64,000 nt of DNA, from assembly GCA_011523505.1 (NCBI GenBank), contig WTGP01000053.1, positions 581 to 64,580 on the forward strand. Direction: 5' to 3'. The notes beneath the pieces were generated by a model. That model worked only from the letters and a program-made list of their open reading frames with translations, was not told the origin of the DNA and did not search any database. Both the position numbers and the translations under genes were made by a program. Positions 33,301-41,903 of the stretch are shown piece by piece. This DNA is from Gammaproteobacteria bacterium (lineage in GTDB: Bacteria; Pseudomonadota; Gammaproteobacteria; Steroidobacterales; Foliamicaceae). The first letter of the stretch is position 1. Each line of letters begins with the position of its first letter.

Positions 33301-34098
33301 TCAATCGAACACGTGGCCGCCATCGACGAAGATGGTCTGGCCGGTCATGAAGTCGCTGGCCGGGGAACAAAGAAACGTCAGCGTCCCCACCAGGTCCTCC
33401 CCGTATTCCCAACGCTGGATGGCTCTGCCCGCGGCGGACCGGTCGAGGACTTCCCCGGGATACAACGCGATTATGGGCTCGGTTGCGACCATTCCGGGAG
33501 CAAGGGCGTTAACGGTAATGTTGAAAGGCCCCAGGGCCCGGGCCAGGGCCCGGGTCATGCCGATAATCCCGCTCTTGGTCGCCACGTAATGGACCAGGTC
33601 TCCCGGTCCTGACTTGGACACGGTGGAAGTGAGATTGACGATCTTGCCCCCGCCGCGCCGTTTCATGGAGGGAACCGCCAGTTGGCTCAACAGAAATGCG
33701 CCCTTGAGGTTTGCATCGAGAACCTTGTCGAATTCTTCCTCGGGAATGTCCACAAAGTCGATGGTGGTGGCATAGCCGGCATTGTTGACCAGAATGTCGA
33801 TGCCGCCGAAGCCGTCGATGATCCTGTCCACGGCCTTTCGAAGCTGTCTTTTATTGCCGACGTCGGCAGTCAGGCCCATGGCCTTGTGTCCCGCCTTCGT
33901 CAACGCGTCGGCGGCATCGGCCACCTTGTCCGGTTTGATGTCGATGAGACCGATGGCTGCGCCCGCTTCGGCAAGGGCCCTGGCGTAGTGGCGGGCGATA
34001 TCTCCCCCGCCCCCGGTGATCACTGCAACCTTTCCGTCGATGTCGCCAGGGGACAATACGCTGGACGCATTTGGCGCAGTTCTCTCGTATTCAGTCAA
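33301..34098 (-). CDS. SDR-family oxidoreductase
   Basis: KVAVITGGGGDIA (TGxxxGxG), LVNNAG, YVATKSG (YxxxK). The start is placed at TTG 34098, an 8-nt overlap with the upstream stop. The maximal ORF start at 34200 would overlap the neighbouring gene by 110 nt. Confidence 0.8.
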   Translation of the reverse strand: MTEYERTAPNASSVLSPGDIDGKVAVITGGGGDIARHYARALAEAGAAIGLIDIKPDKVADAADALTKAGHKAMGLTADVGNKRQLRKAVDRIIDGFGGIDILVNNAGYATTIDFVDIPEEEFDKVLDANLKGAFLLSQLAVPSMKRRGGGKIVNLTSTVSKSGPGDLVHYVATKSGIIGMTRALARALGPFNITVNALAPGMVATEPIIALYPGEVLDRSAAGRAIQRWEYGEDLVGTLTFLCSPASDFMTGQTIFVDGGHVFD

Positions 34099-34855
34099 AG
34101 ATATGTCCCCCGTCAACGATGAAAGCCTGGCCGGTGACAAAGTCGCTGGCGGTTGAACACAGGTACAGGGCCGTCCCCACCAGATCCCGGGGAACCGCAT
34201 CCCGTTGAATGGAACGCATCCTGGCGTACTGTTCGAAGACTTCCGGCGGATACATGCCGTCCATCTGCTCGGTACGGGTCAGCCCCGGCACCAGGGTGTT
34301 GACCGTGACCCCATGATTGCCCAGTCCTTTGGACAACGCCCGGGTGAGACCGATCACGCCTCCCTTCGCGGCCACGTAGTGCACGGCTTCGGCCACGGGA
34401 CTCCAGAAGGTGGCCGACGACACGTTGATGATCCGGCCCCAACCGCGCTCCATCATGTGAGGCGCGACCGCCTGGGCGCCGAAGAAGCACCCGCGCATGT
34501 TGACGGCCACGACCTTGTCCCATGCCTCTCCCGGCCATTCGTACCACGGCACCCCATGGGTTTGATCGGTAGTGCCCAACCCGGCGTTGTTGATAAGGAT
34601 GTCGACCTGTCCAAATTTCCTGATGGTCGCGTCCACGGCCGCGCCAAAGGCGTTACGGTCCGAAACGTCCGTTTCCACGGCCAGTGCGCGCCCGCCCCTG
34701 GATACGATTTCTTCCGCCACGCCTTCCGCCTGATCGGCCAACACATCCAGCACCGAGACGGCGGCGCCCCGTTCGGCCAGAGCGCGTGCGTAGGCGGCCC
34801 CTAATCCCCTTGCCGCGCCCGTAACGACAGCAACTCTTTCCGAAAATTCGTCCAC
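34091..34855 (-). CDS. SDR-family oxidoreductase
   Basis: VAVVTGAARGLG, LINNAG, YVAAKGG (YxxxK). The start is placed at GTG 34855, preceded by GGGAGG and a 5-nt spacer. The ORF-track start at 34882 would lie inside the palindrome. Confidence 0.8.
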   Translation of the reverse strand: MDEFSERVAVVTGAARGLGAAYARALAERGAAVSVLDVLADQAEGVAEEIVSRGGRALAVETDVSDRNAFGAAVDATIRKFGQVDILINNAGLGTTDQTHGVPWYEWPGEAWDKVVAVNMRGCFFGAQAVAPHMMERGWGRIINVSSATFWSPVAEAVHYVAAKGGVIGLTRALSKGLGNHGVTVNTLVPGLTRTEQMDGMYPPEVFEQYARMRSIQRDAVPRDLVGTALYLCSTASDFVTGQAFIVDGGHIFD

Positions 34856-34870
34856 CGGCGCCTCCCGCCA

Positions 34871-34920
34871 AACATAGTACACATGGCGCGGTGCATGGTC
34901 CGCGCCATGGATACTATGTT
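34871..34920. promoter_or_regulatory. 50-bp near-perfect palindrome (21-nt arms matching 19/21, 8-nt centre) between the OM protein gene and the SDR genes
   Basis: AACATAGTACACATGGCGCGG-tgcatggt-CCGCGCCATGGATACTATGTT. Could be a terminator/attenuator hairpin or a dimeric-regulator operator. Confidence 0.55.
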
Positions 34921-34926
34921 CGAGGG

Positions 34927-35838
34927 CTAGAAGTGGTACTTCAGATTGAGGCCGAGGCTCAGAAACCTGAGGTCGTCGCTCATCAGTTTATACCGCACAC
35001 GGGTGCCGCCCGGGCTGCGTGCCGAGTCATGGCTGCGAAGCTGGTCCCACTCGCGCTCGTGCCCGAATTCGCCGAAGTCCGCCCAGCGGAGCTTGAGCCC
35101 GGCGCTCAGTCCCTCGCGGAGCCGGTAATCCACTCCCGCGACAAGCTGATAGCCGAATACCGTGTCGGAATGCCTGGCGTTGGCGATGGTGGTGGTTCCG
35201 GCCAGTTTTTCGTTCAGCCTCAGACCCTGGGGTTCGCTGCCGAAAGTGGTGATGCTCGCCGGATCGATGCGCCGCGCCCAGCGGTTGAAGTAATCGAGCG
35301 ACACCCTGGAAAAACCGGCGCCCACGCCGATGTAGGGCGTCAACCGGGATTCCGAATGGAAGTCGTAGTGCAGATTGGCGAACAGGCTGTGCGATACGAC
35401 ATCGCCCAGCACGGCCTCCACGATAGCCAGTTCCTGCTCGCGTTTCAGACGCTGTATCGCGTCCTCGTCGGCGATCGTTACGGTGTCGTCCGTGGAATCG
35501 TGTCCGACGCCGCTGTAGAAGTACTCGCCTTCAAGCCGGAAGTTTCCGCGGCGGTATCCCACCGATGCCCCTGCGAGAATGCCGCTACCGCCGTCATGCT
35601 CGAAAAACCAGAGCCCCGGCGCGGGATCGGCGCATCCGGAGCCTGCCGGGGCCTCCAGGTAGGCCTCGCTGTTGATGAAGCCGTCGCAGCGGGTTGACAC
35701 GTCGTTGTCGGTCATCGACGTATCCACCCCGGGCGCGGACGCCGCGCCGATTTCCATTCCGAAATAAAAACCGTCCTGCGCCTGCGCCACCGAAACGGAA
35801 GTCACAAGGGCCAGTGCGACGAGCAGCAGAGTCGGCAT
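34927..35838 (-). CDS. Outer-membrane beta-barrel protein (OmpA-like/porin-family beta-barrel)
   Basis: Signal peptide MPTLLLVALALVTSVSVAQAQ; alternating amphipathic strands; C-terminal ...LSLGLNLKYHF (terminal Phe). The start is placed at internal ATG 35838. Confidence 0.75.
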   Translation of the reverse strand: MPTLLLVALALVTSVSVAQAQDGFYFGMEIGAASAPGVDTSMTDNDVSTRCDGFINSEAYLEAPAGSGCADPAPGLWFFEHDGGSGILAGASVGYRRGNFRLEGEYFYSGVGHDSTDDTVTIADEDAIQRLKREQELAIVEAVLGDVVSHSLFANLHYDFHSESRLTPYIGVGAGFSRVSLDYFNRWARRIDPASITTFGSEPQGLRLNEKLAGTTTIANARHSDTVFGYQLVAGVDYRLREGLSAGLKLRWADFGEFGHEREWDQLRSHDSARSPGGTRVRYKLMSDDLRFLSLGLNLKYHF

Positions 35839-35958
35839 GTAACCGCTACCGGAGGGACAGTTGTCGTGAAGGCGAAGCATCGTTGCGCCCATTATGGCTT
35901 CAAGGCTTCCTCAAACTCGCGAATCGCGCTATCAAATATGTCCCGGCAGCCGGAGTTC

Positions 35959-36165
35959 TTACAGTTCGCTCGCATCTATCTTTGCGATTTTCATGAGATG
36001 CGCCTGCAATCCGCGTTTCAGCGCTGCAGACCCATGGACGGGTACTGAAATGCGGGCAACTTGACCTTCTTTTGCGTAAATGAAATGACTTCCGCGTATC
36101 CGTTTCAATTGCCAGCCCTTTGATTCAAGCACCCGGCAAATCCTTTTGCCGCTGACGGATTTCAC
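35959..36165 (-). CDS. hicA: HicA-family mRNA interferase toxin
   Basis: 68 aa: MKSVSGKRICRVLESKGWQLKRIRGSHFIY...VPVHG..ALKRGLQAHLMKIAKI. GTG start forms a GTGA overlap with the hicB stop. Confidence 0.85.
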   Translation of the reverse strand: MKSVSGKRICRVLESKGWQLKRIRGSHFIYAKEGQVARISVPVHGSAALKRGLQAHLMKIAKIDASEL

Positions 36166-36365
36166 ACCGCAACTTCAATAATTTGATCGGTTTCCGTTAT
36201 GGCAATGTCCCGCACTTCGACCGAAAGACAACCTTCGATCGCTTCATGAATGTTCTTGCGCAGTTCTTCAAGGGTGTCCGCCTGGGTCACGCACCCGGGA
36301 ACGGCTGGCACCTCCGCCCAGTAGCCGCCCTCCTCGGCCTCGTGAACCACAACTCTCAAATTCAT
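36162..36365 (-). CDS. hicB: HicB-family (UPF0150) antitoxin
   Basis: MNLRVVVHEAEEGGYWAEVPAVPGCVTQADTLEELRKNIHEAIEGCL. ATG 36365 is preceded by GGGAGG and 5 nt. Confidence 0.8.
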   Translation of the reverse strand: MNLRVVVHEAEEGGYWAEVPAVPGCVTQADTLEELRKNIHEAIEGCLSVEVRDIAITETDQIIEVAV

Positions 36366-36409
36366 GATGTCCTCCCGCAAGAGGATGGAACATTCAAACC
36401 AGTTTAACT

Positions 36410-36762
36410 TGGTGGAGGCGGCGGGAATCGAACCCGCGTCCGCAAGCGCTACTGCCCGAGGCGCTCTACATGCTTAGCCGCGTCTGAATTAACGGTCATT
36501 CTCCGACGGGCAGGAATGAACTACCGCTGTGATCAGCTAGCTCTTAACTCGTAATCGCCGATCGGTTCTACGAGCGATCCTGTGCAAGCGACGCTCCGGC
36601 CTGGCCACAGGAAATCCTGGCAGGAACGCTAGCGGTCAAGCCGCTAGAGCGTAGTTGTCGTCGTTGGCAACTATTGGGTTTGCAGGCGGATTTACGAGGA
36701 ACCCTGCGCCTCGGCATGCACACCAAGGGTCTCACAGCCCACGTCGAAGCCGTGTCGCCCCC
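36410..36762 (-). ncRNA. ssrA: tmRNA (SsrA), 353 nt
   Basis: The reverse complement reads GGGGGCGACACGGCTTCGACG...GGTGTGCATGCCGAGG...CTCGTAAA...AATAGTTGCCAACGACGACAACTACGCTCTAGCGGCTTGA...CTAAGCATGTAG...GGACGCGGGTTCGATTCCCGCCGCCTCCACCA. It aligns block for block with E. coli tmRNA. Confidence 0.97.
36636..36668 (-). other. tmRNA tag reading frame encoding ANDDNYALAA-stop
   Basis: GCC AAC GAC GAC AAC TAC GCT CTA GCG GCT TGA, immediately after the AATAGTT resume context. Confidence 0.9.
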
Positions 36763-36849
36763 GTAGATCGGCTATTGTACTGCTTTGCAACCTGTTCGAA
36801 CGCCACCGTGCCCCGCTCTCTTCGCACTCGTCTGAAACGCCTGCTCCAC

Positions 36850-37782
36850 ATGACCGCGGGAGCGGGAGGGCCCATGGTTGCAGGGCGCTTGCGCCGCCGG
36901 TTGTTGCGCCTGGCCACGTACTCTTCGGTGACCACCGCCGCGATCCTGGTGGTCATCAAGGCATGGGCGTGGCAGGCGACGGACTCCGTGTCGCTGCTCA
37001 GCTCGCTGGTGGATTCGACGCTGGACGTGCTGGGATCGCTGATTACGTTCTTCGCCGTTACCGTATCGCTCAAGCCTGCCGACAAGGAACACCGTTTCGG
37101 CCACGGCAAGGCGGAAGGGTTGGCGGCGCTCGCGCAGTCCCTGATCATCGCCGCATCGGCGGTATTCGTGCTGAAGGAGTCGGTGGAGCGGATCCTTGCG
37201 CCCGCCGCCGTCGAGAATGCGCAGACCGGCATTGCGGTCATGGGGGTGTCCGTCGCAATGACGCTATTGCTGCTCGGAATTCAACGCTACGTTCGCCTCG
37301 TTACGGGATCCGCCGCGATCGAGGCGGACGCCATGCACTACAGGACCGACCTGGTAATCAACCTGGGCGTTGCCGCGGCGATCGCCGTGGCGGCCTGGCC
37401 GGGCGGCTGGCTGGCCGACCCGCTGGTGGCCGCGGCGGTGATCGCTTATCTCCTGTATGGCGTCTGGAAGATCGCCAAACACGCGCTGGACATCCTGATG
37501 GACCGCGAAATTCCGGACAAGGACCGCGAAACCATCATCCGCCTGGCCGAAAGCCACCCCGCGGTGCATGATATTCACGACCTGAAGACGCGCCACGGCG
37601 GCTCGAACTACATCGTGCAGTTCCACGTATTGCTGGACGCCGGCCTGAACCTGGCCGAGGCGCATGAAATCCTCGACGATGTGGAGACCCGCATCCGCAC
37701 GGAGTTTCCCGGGTGCGAACTGCTGTTGCACCCCGATCCGGAGGGCTACAACGCCGGCCCTCGCGAATTCGGCAAGGCCTGA
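36850..37782 (+). CDS. Cation diffusion facilitator (CDF, FieF-like) divalent-metal efflux transporter
   Basis: LVVIKAWAWQATDSVSLLSSLVDSTLD, EHRFGHGKAEGLAAL, DAMHYRTDL, and a C-terminal cytoplasmic domain HDLKTRHGGSNYIVQFHV. The start is placed at ATG 36850 (alternative 36874). The ORF-track start at 36655 lies inside ssrA. Confidence 0.85.
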   Translation: MTAGAGGPMVAGRLRRRLLRLATYSSVTTAAILVVIKAWAWQATDSVSLLSSLVDSTLDVLGSLITFFAVTVSLKPADKEHRFGHGKAEGLAALAQSLIIAASAVFVLKESVERILAPAAVENAQTGIAVMGVSVAMTLLLLGIQRYVRLVTGSAAIEADAMHYRTDLVINLGVAAAIAVAAWPGGWLADPLVAAAVIAYLLYGVWKIAKHALDILMDREIPDKDRETIIRLAESHPAVHDIHDLKTRHGGSNYIVQFHVLLDAGLNLAEAHEILDDVETRIRTEFPGCELLLHPDPEGYNAGPREFGKA

Positions 37783-37791
37783 TCCGGTGCT

Positions 37792-38829
37792 CTAGACCTC
37801 CCGGGGGACTTCGTCGGCGAACAACTCCCAGGTGCCGCGCGGATTGGTGATGCCATCCCAGCCGGTTTGCGGCTCCAGCAACTCGGGTTTGTCCCGTTCC
37901 AGGCGCTCCAGCACCACACGGGGAATATTGTCGAGTTCGCCCGAGATCTTGAAACTGTGCATGCGGCCGAACAGGGCGCCGTCGCGCACGTCCGTCTGCC
38001 CCATGCGCATCCACGGCCACCAGGGCGACGTGCGCATGAAACCGGCGTGGAAGCGGGCCGAGGGATTGCTCCGGTCTTCGAGCTCCGCCGCCGGAATATA
38101 GAAGACGAAGTGTTCCGAGGGATTGATCTTGGGCCCGGTGGATGCCTTGGGCCAGCCCTCGGGGGTAACCGGGTTGGTGTACTCGTGCGCGTATTCCCAG
38201 GCGAGCAGGTACTGATCGTGGACCTTCTCGAACGGCATGATGAACGGGATGACCCCCTCTTCGTTCATGCGGGCGTCGGCCGCGTTCATCAGCGTGTTGT
38301 CGTCCGGCGCGCCGCCCATTGAGAAGCGCGGCATCTCCTCGGTCAGGCGCCCGCGGAGGCCGTAGTTGAAGAAGGGAACCACTTCGACGCGCTCGCCGCT
38401 GTAGGGGTTGTCCCAGTAGTCGATGATTTCGCCGCTGGCCAGGTCGGTGAAATAGCCCGCCTCGGTGCCCCGGATCCGGAGGTGTCCGTTCTCGTCGATC
38501 TTGCATTGCATGTTCCCGCAGCCCACGTAGCCGAACAGCGGCGTCAGCTTGTTCACGCCGATGCGTGCGAACTGAACGCCCTGGTAGCCGCCGTAGGTAG
38601 GCTTGTCGGCGTAAGTGCCCCAGATCTTCCCGAAAGCGTAGAGGTTGTCGGCAGGCTTGCTCAGGTCCAGGCCCCCGCCGGCATCCGCCGCCGCGGCGCC
38701 CGCGGGTTCTTCCCCGCTGCCGTTCGGCGCTCCGCAGGCGGTGAGGCCCGCCGCGGCCATTCCGCCCAGCGCCCCGCCCATCAGTGCGCGCCGGCTGACG
38801 ACGCTCTTGAGTATCGAATTCATGAACAT
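37792..38829 (-). CDS. Tat-signal lipoprotein of unknown function (possibly DUF1838-like)
   Basis: MFMNSILKSVVSRRALMGGALGGMAAAGLTAC carries a twin-arginine motif plus a lipobox. ATG 38829 is preceded by GGGGAG and 6 nt. The family call rests on recollection only. Confidence 0.65.
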   Translation of the reverse strand: MFMNSILKSVVSRRALMGGALGGMAAAGLTACGAPNGSGEEPAGAAAADAGGGLDLSKPADNLYAFGKIWGTYADKPTYGGYQGVQFARIGVNKLTPLFGYVGCGNMQCKIDENGHLRIRGTEAGYFTDLASGEIIDYWDNPYSGERVEVVPFFNYGLRGRLTEEMPRFSMGGAPDDNTLMNAADARMNEEGVIPFIMPFEKVHDQYLLAWEYAHEYTNPVTPEGWPKASTGPKINPSEHFVFYIPAAELEDRSNPSARFHAGFMRTSPWWPWMRMGQTDVRDGALFGRMHSFKISGELDNIPRVVLERLERDKPELLEPQTGWDGITNPRGTWELFADEVPREV

Positions 38830-38860
38830 GGCCCACTCCCCAACAGTTGGATTCCTGATA

Positions 38861-40117
38861 TTACGTGACAACGGGCCGGGCAGTCTCGCGCAAATCGCGT
38901 CCCGACGCGCGCTGGAAAACGTTCAGCCCGAATTCGGGCGCCACGGCCAGAATGTGGTCGAAAAGATCGGACTGCAGGTCCTCGTAGGCCTGCCAGTCGG
39001 TGGTCGCGGCAAAGCAATAGATCTCGATCGGCAGCCCGTCCGGACCGGACTGCAGTTGCCGAACCAGCGTGGTGCGCCCGGAATGCACCTTGGGATGGTT
39101 CGTGATGTAGTTGAAAAGGTAGGCCCTGAACGTGCCCACGTTGGTCAGGCGCCTGAGGTTGACGGCCGGCGACTCGGCGCCGATGCGGGTGTTGTACTCG
39201 TTGAGTTCGCGGTGTTTGTCGGGAATGTAGTCCTCGAGCAGCTTGAACTTCGAAAAGCGCTCGATTTCCTCCTCCTCGAGAAAGCGCACCGAGGCCATGT
39301 CGATGTAAACGGAACGCTTGATCCGGCGCGCGCCGTCCTCGCTCATCCCGCGCCAGTTCCGGAACGATCCGGTGATGAAGTCCTGCGTTGGGATCGTGCT
39401 CAGGGTCTTGTCCCAGTTGCGCACGGTGACGGTGTGCAGCGCGATGTCGACCACGTCGCCGTCAACGTTGTGCGAGGGCATTTCCACCCAGTCCCCGATC
39501 CGCACCACGTCGTTGACCGAGATCTGGATGCTGGCCAGCACCGACAGCAGCGTGTCGCGGAATACCAGCAGCAACACCGCCGTGAGCGCTCCCAGGCTGC
39601 TCAGCAGGAGCCAGACCGACACCCCGCCCGCGTGGGCCACGATCACGAGGCCGGCGACGATGTAGAGCACCAGCGACACGGCCTGGGCGTAGCCCTTGAG
39701 CGGCAGGCGCGCGTGGCTGCCGGGCGTGCTCTGCAGGTACAGGCCGGCGGCCTTGAGCACCGCAACGCCGCCCGCGATCGCCGCCAGCACCACCCAGGCA
39801 AAGGCCAATACGCCGAGCGCGCGGGTCCAGCCGACCTCTTGGTACGGATCGAGGACGCGAACGCCGAAGAACAGGACCAGCGCCGGCGCCAGGCGCGCGA
39901 AACGCAGCAGCACCCGCGATTCCAGCAGCGCCGTGGCGAACGGGCCGGAGGCGGAGGACTGGAGCCTGCGGCGAACCGCCGCGGCAATCACGCGGCGCGC
40001 CAGCCAGTCCGCGATCAACGCCGCCAGCGCCAGTGCCAGAACGGCCAGCGCCGCAGCAGCAGCCGGGTACTGGGCGAGCCAGCCCTCCGCGGCGGCCCGG
40101 ATTTCGTCCGGGCTCAT
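38861..40117 (-). CDS. Mechanosensitive ion channel, MscS family (YbdG/MscM-like)
   Basis: Conserved core LGALTAVLLLVFRDTLLSVLASIQISVNDVVRIGDWVEMPSHNVDGDVVDIALHTVTVRNWDKTLSTIPT. The start ATG 40117 forms an ATGA overlap with the upstream ASCH gene. Confidence 0.85.
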   Translation of the reverse strand: MSPDEIRAAAEGWLAQYPAAAAALAVLALALAALIADWLARRVIAAAVRRRLQSSASGPFATALLESRVLLRFARLAPALVLFFGVRVLDPYQEVGWTRALGVLAFAWVVLAAIAGGVAVLKAAGLYLQSTPGSHARLPLKGYAQAVSLVLYIVAGLVIVAHAGGVSVWLLLSSLGALTAVLLLVFRDTLLSVLASIQISVNDVVRIGDWVEMPSHNVDGDVVDIALHTVTVRNWDKTLSTIPTQDFITGSFRNWRGMSEDGARRIKRSVYIDMASVRFLEEEEIERFSKFKLLEDYIPDKHRELNEYNTRIGAESPAVNLRRLTNVGTFRAYLFNYITNHPKVHSGRTTLVRQLQSGPDGLPIEIYCFAATTDWQAYEDLQSDLFDHILAVAPEFGLNVFQRASGRDLRETARPVVT

Positions 40118-40587
40118 GCCTCTTTCGACGAATCCGGTCGCGGGTACAGCAGGCGGAACGATTGCCACATGACGGGCACCTGCTCGTGGAATTCCTGTCC
40201 CCGGGACTTGAGCCATTTGCCCCAGTAGGCGGCGTGAATCTTGCGCCACACCTTCACGTCGCGGGCCGCCGGACCCTCGCCTGCCGTGTGCCGCTCGTTC
40301 ACCTGGTCGAAAGCCAATTGCTCGCAGTCATCCAGTTCGACGACGCAGCGCGGGAGCATGTCGGCGTCCAGGAACACGATCCGGTCGCCGGGCTCGAGCA
40401 GTCCGCCCTCTTCCTCGAGAAGCTCGACCAGCGAATACGTGCAGGTCTTCTGCTCCGAAAGCACCAGTGAAAGCAGCAAATCGCACATCTCATGCGTCGA
40501 GCCCAGCCGCCGCGCCACCAGGCGCCCGCCGCTCATGGGCGGCACGCCTGCCCCGCTGGCCTTCTCGAGAAAATCTTCGACGTTCAT
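40114..40587 (-). CDS. ASCH-domain protein
   Basis: Pattern ...CDLLLSLVLSEQKTCTYSL...GDRIVFLDADMLPRCVVELDDCEQLAFDQVNERHTAGEG......WRKIHAAYW...EFHEQVPVMWQSFRLLY matches the ASCH family consensus as I recall it. Confidence 0.7.
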   Translation of the reverse strand: MNVEDFLEKASGAGVPPMSGGRLVARRLGSTHEMCDLLLSLVLSEQKTCTYSLVELLEEEGGLLEPGDRIVFLDADMLPRCVVELDDCEQLAFDQVNERHTAGEGPAARDVKVWRKIHAAYWGKWLKSRGQEFHEQVPVMWQSFRLLYPRPDSSKEA

Positions 40588-40667
40588 ATTGCTGCCGTCA
40601 ACGCTTGCTGAAGAGTTCGGGGAGTATACTCAAGCACGTGGCGGAAAAAGGCTCCCCGAGGTTCCGA

Positions 40668-41243
40668 ATGCGGTCCGTAACGGTATTGGGCGCAGTGGCC
40701 GTAGCCCTTGCCGGATGCGGCGGGACCGTGAACCTGAGCGCCAACTTTCCGGCGCCCATGACCAAACGCCTGCCGCTCACCGCGCAGGTGCAATATCCCG
40801 AAAGCCTGCGCGAGTTCTCGCACGTTGAAGAAGCGCTCGACACCACACGCTGGACCATCGCCCTCGGCCGCCCCAGCATGCGCATGCTCGACAGCGTCCT
40901 CGGCTCCTGCCTCACGCTGGTGCCGGCAAGCGGCGCCGGACCGGCCCCCGACCTGATCATCGAACCGGAGATTATCCGCTTCGAATTGGGCGTGCCGGGG
41001 CGTTCCAAGGTGGACATCCCGGCCGCCTGGGTGGAATTCGATATCCGCATCACCGGCGCCGACGGCGCTCCCCTGACCCGGCTCAGGATTCCCGGCTACG
41101 GCGAGGGCTCGCACGGGGGCGGAGGGCTCGGCAGAAACCTCAGCGAAGCGGCCGAGTACGCGCTGCGCGACGCCGGAGCGACGTTGACGCAGGAACTGGG
41201 CCAGGACACTGCTATCCTTGCCCTTATCGGGAGCCGAACATGA
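40668..41243 (+). CDS. Hypothetical lipoprotein
   Basis: MRSVTVLGAVAVALAGC|GG lipobox. The start is placed at internal ATG 40668. ATGA overlap with the next gene. Confidence 0.6.
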   Translation: MRSVTVLGAVAVALAGCGGTVNLSANFPAPMTKRLPLTAQVQYPESLREFSHVEEALDTTRWTIALGRPSMRMLDSVLGSCLTLVPASGAGPAPDLIIEPEIIRFELGVPGRSKVDIPAAWVEFDIRITGADGAPLTRLRIPGYGEGSHGGGGLGRNLSEAAEYALRDAGATLTQELGQDTAILALIGSRT

Positions 41244-41896
41244 TTAACCGGAACAAGGCCGCGCGCTGGATGCGATCGATCGCTCCGGCGATGCTGCTCG
41301 GTCTGGCGGCGGGGGTGGCGCCAACCGCAGTGCCGGCCGACGAGGAAGCGGAATCGCTGGTCCTGCTCCGGACCAGTTACCTGGCGGGAAACCGCACCGA
41401 GGAGGCGTTCGTCAGTTGCGTCTCGAAGAAACTCCGCTCAAGCACGAAACGTCCGCGTGTCCATCCCGAGCGCCAATTCGTCGATGAACTCTATCCCTGG
41501 CTGGAACCGCGCACCATGCCGCGCGAAAGCGCGGACCTGGGCGAGTTCATGGAGCGGCCCGGCGTCGGCGAGGCGATCCGCCGGAAAGGCGTGCGCTATA
41601 TGGTGTGGCTGAGCGGCCAGACTCTTCGCGAGGGCAGCGGCGGCAGCTTGTCCTGCGCGGCGGGTCCCGGCGGCGCTGGCTGCTTCGGAGTGGCCTGGTG
41701 GCAGAACAACTCCGAGTACACCGCGTCGGTATGGGACATGAACGAGCTCAGCGACATGGGCTCGATGAACGCAAACGTGCGCGGCACGTCCGTCATTCCC
41801 GCGCTGGTCATCCCCGTTCCGATCATTGCGCGCACCCGCGAGAAAGCCTGCGACAGCCTCGCGGGCCAGTTGCGCGACTACCTCGAACTCGACTGA
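41240..41896 (+). CDS. Hypothetical secreted protein
   Basis: 218-aa ORF with signal-like MRSIAPAMLLGLAAGVAPTAVPA. Translationally coupled to the preceding lipoprotein gene. No family recognised. Confidence 0.6.
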   Translation: MINRNKAARWMRSIAPAMLLGLAAGVAPTAVPADEEAESLVLLRTSYLAGNRTEEAFVSCVSKKLRSSTKRPRVHPERQFVDELYPWLEPRTMPRESADLGEFMERPGVGEAIRRKGVRYMVWLSGQTLREGSGGSLSCAAGPGGAGCFGVAWWQNNSEYTASVWDMNELSDMGSMNANVRGTSVIPALVIPVPIIARTREKACDSLAGQLRDYLELD

Positions 41897-41903
41897 CCCC
41901 AGG

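Noticed and set aside
35839-36409. Search for an att-like direct repeat of the ssrA 3' end or an integrase flanking hicBA
   Set aside because: Reading 35.84-35.96 kb showed only a trivial GAATCG match to the ssrA terminus, and no integrase ORF is present. An island boundary cannot be supported from this window.
36655-36849. N-terminal extension of the CDF transporter ORF, starting at 36655
   Set aside because: It overlaps the tmRNA gene (36410-36762) on the opposite strand. CDF homology begins after ATG 36850/36874.
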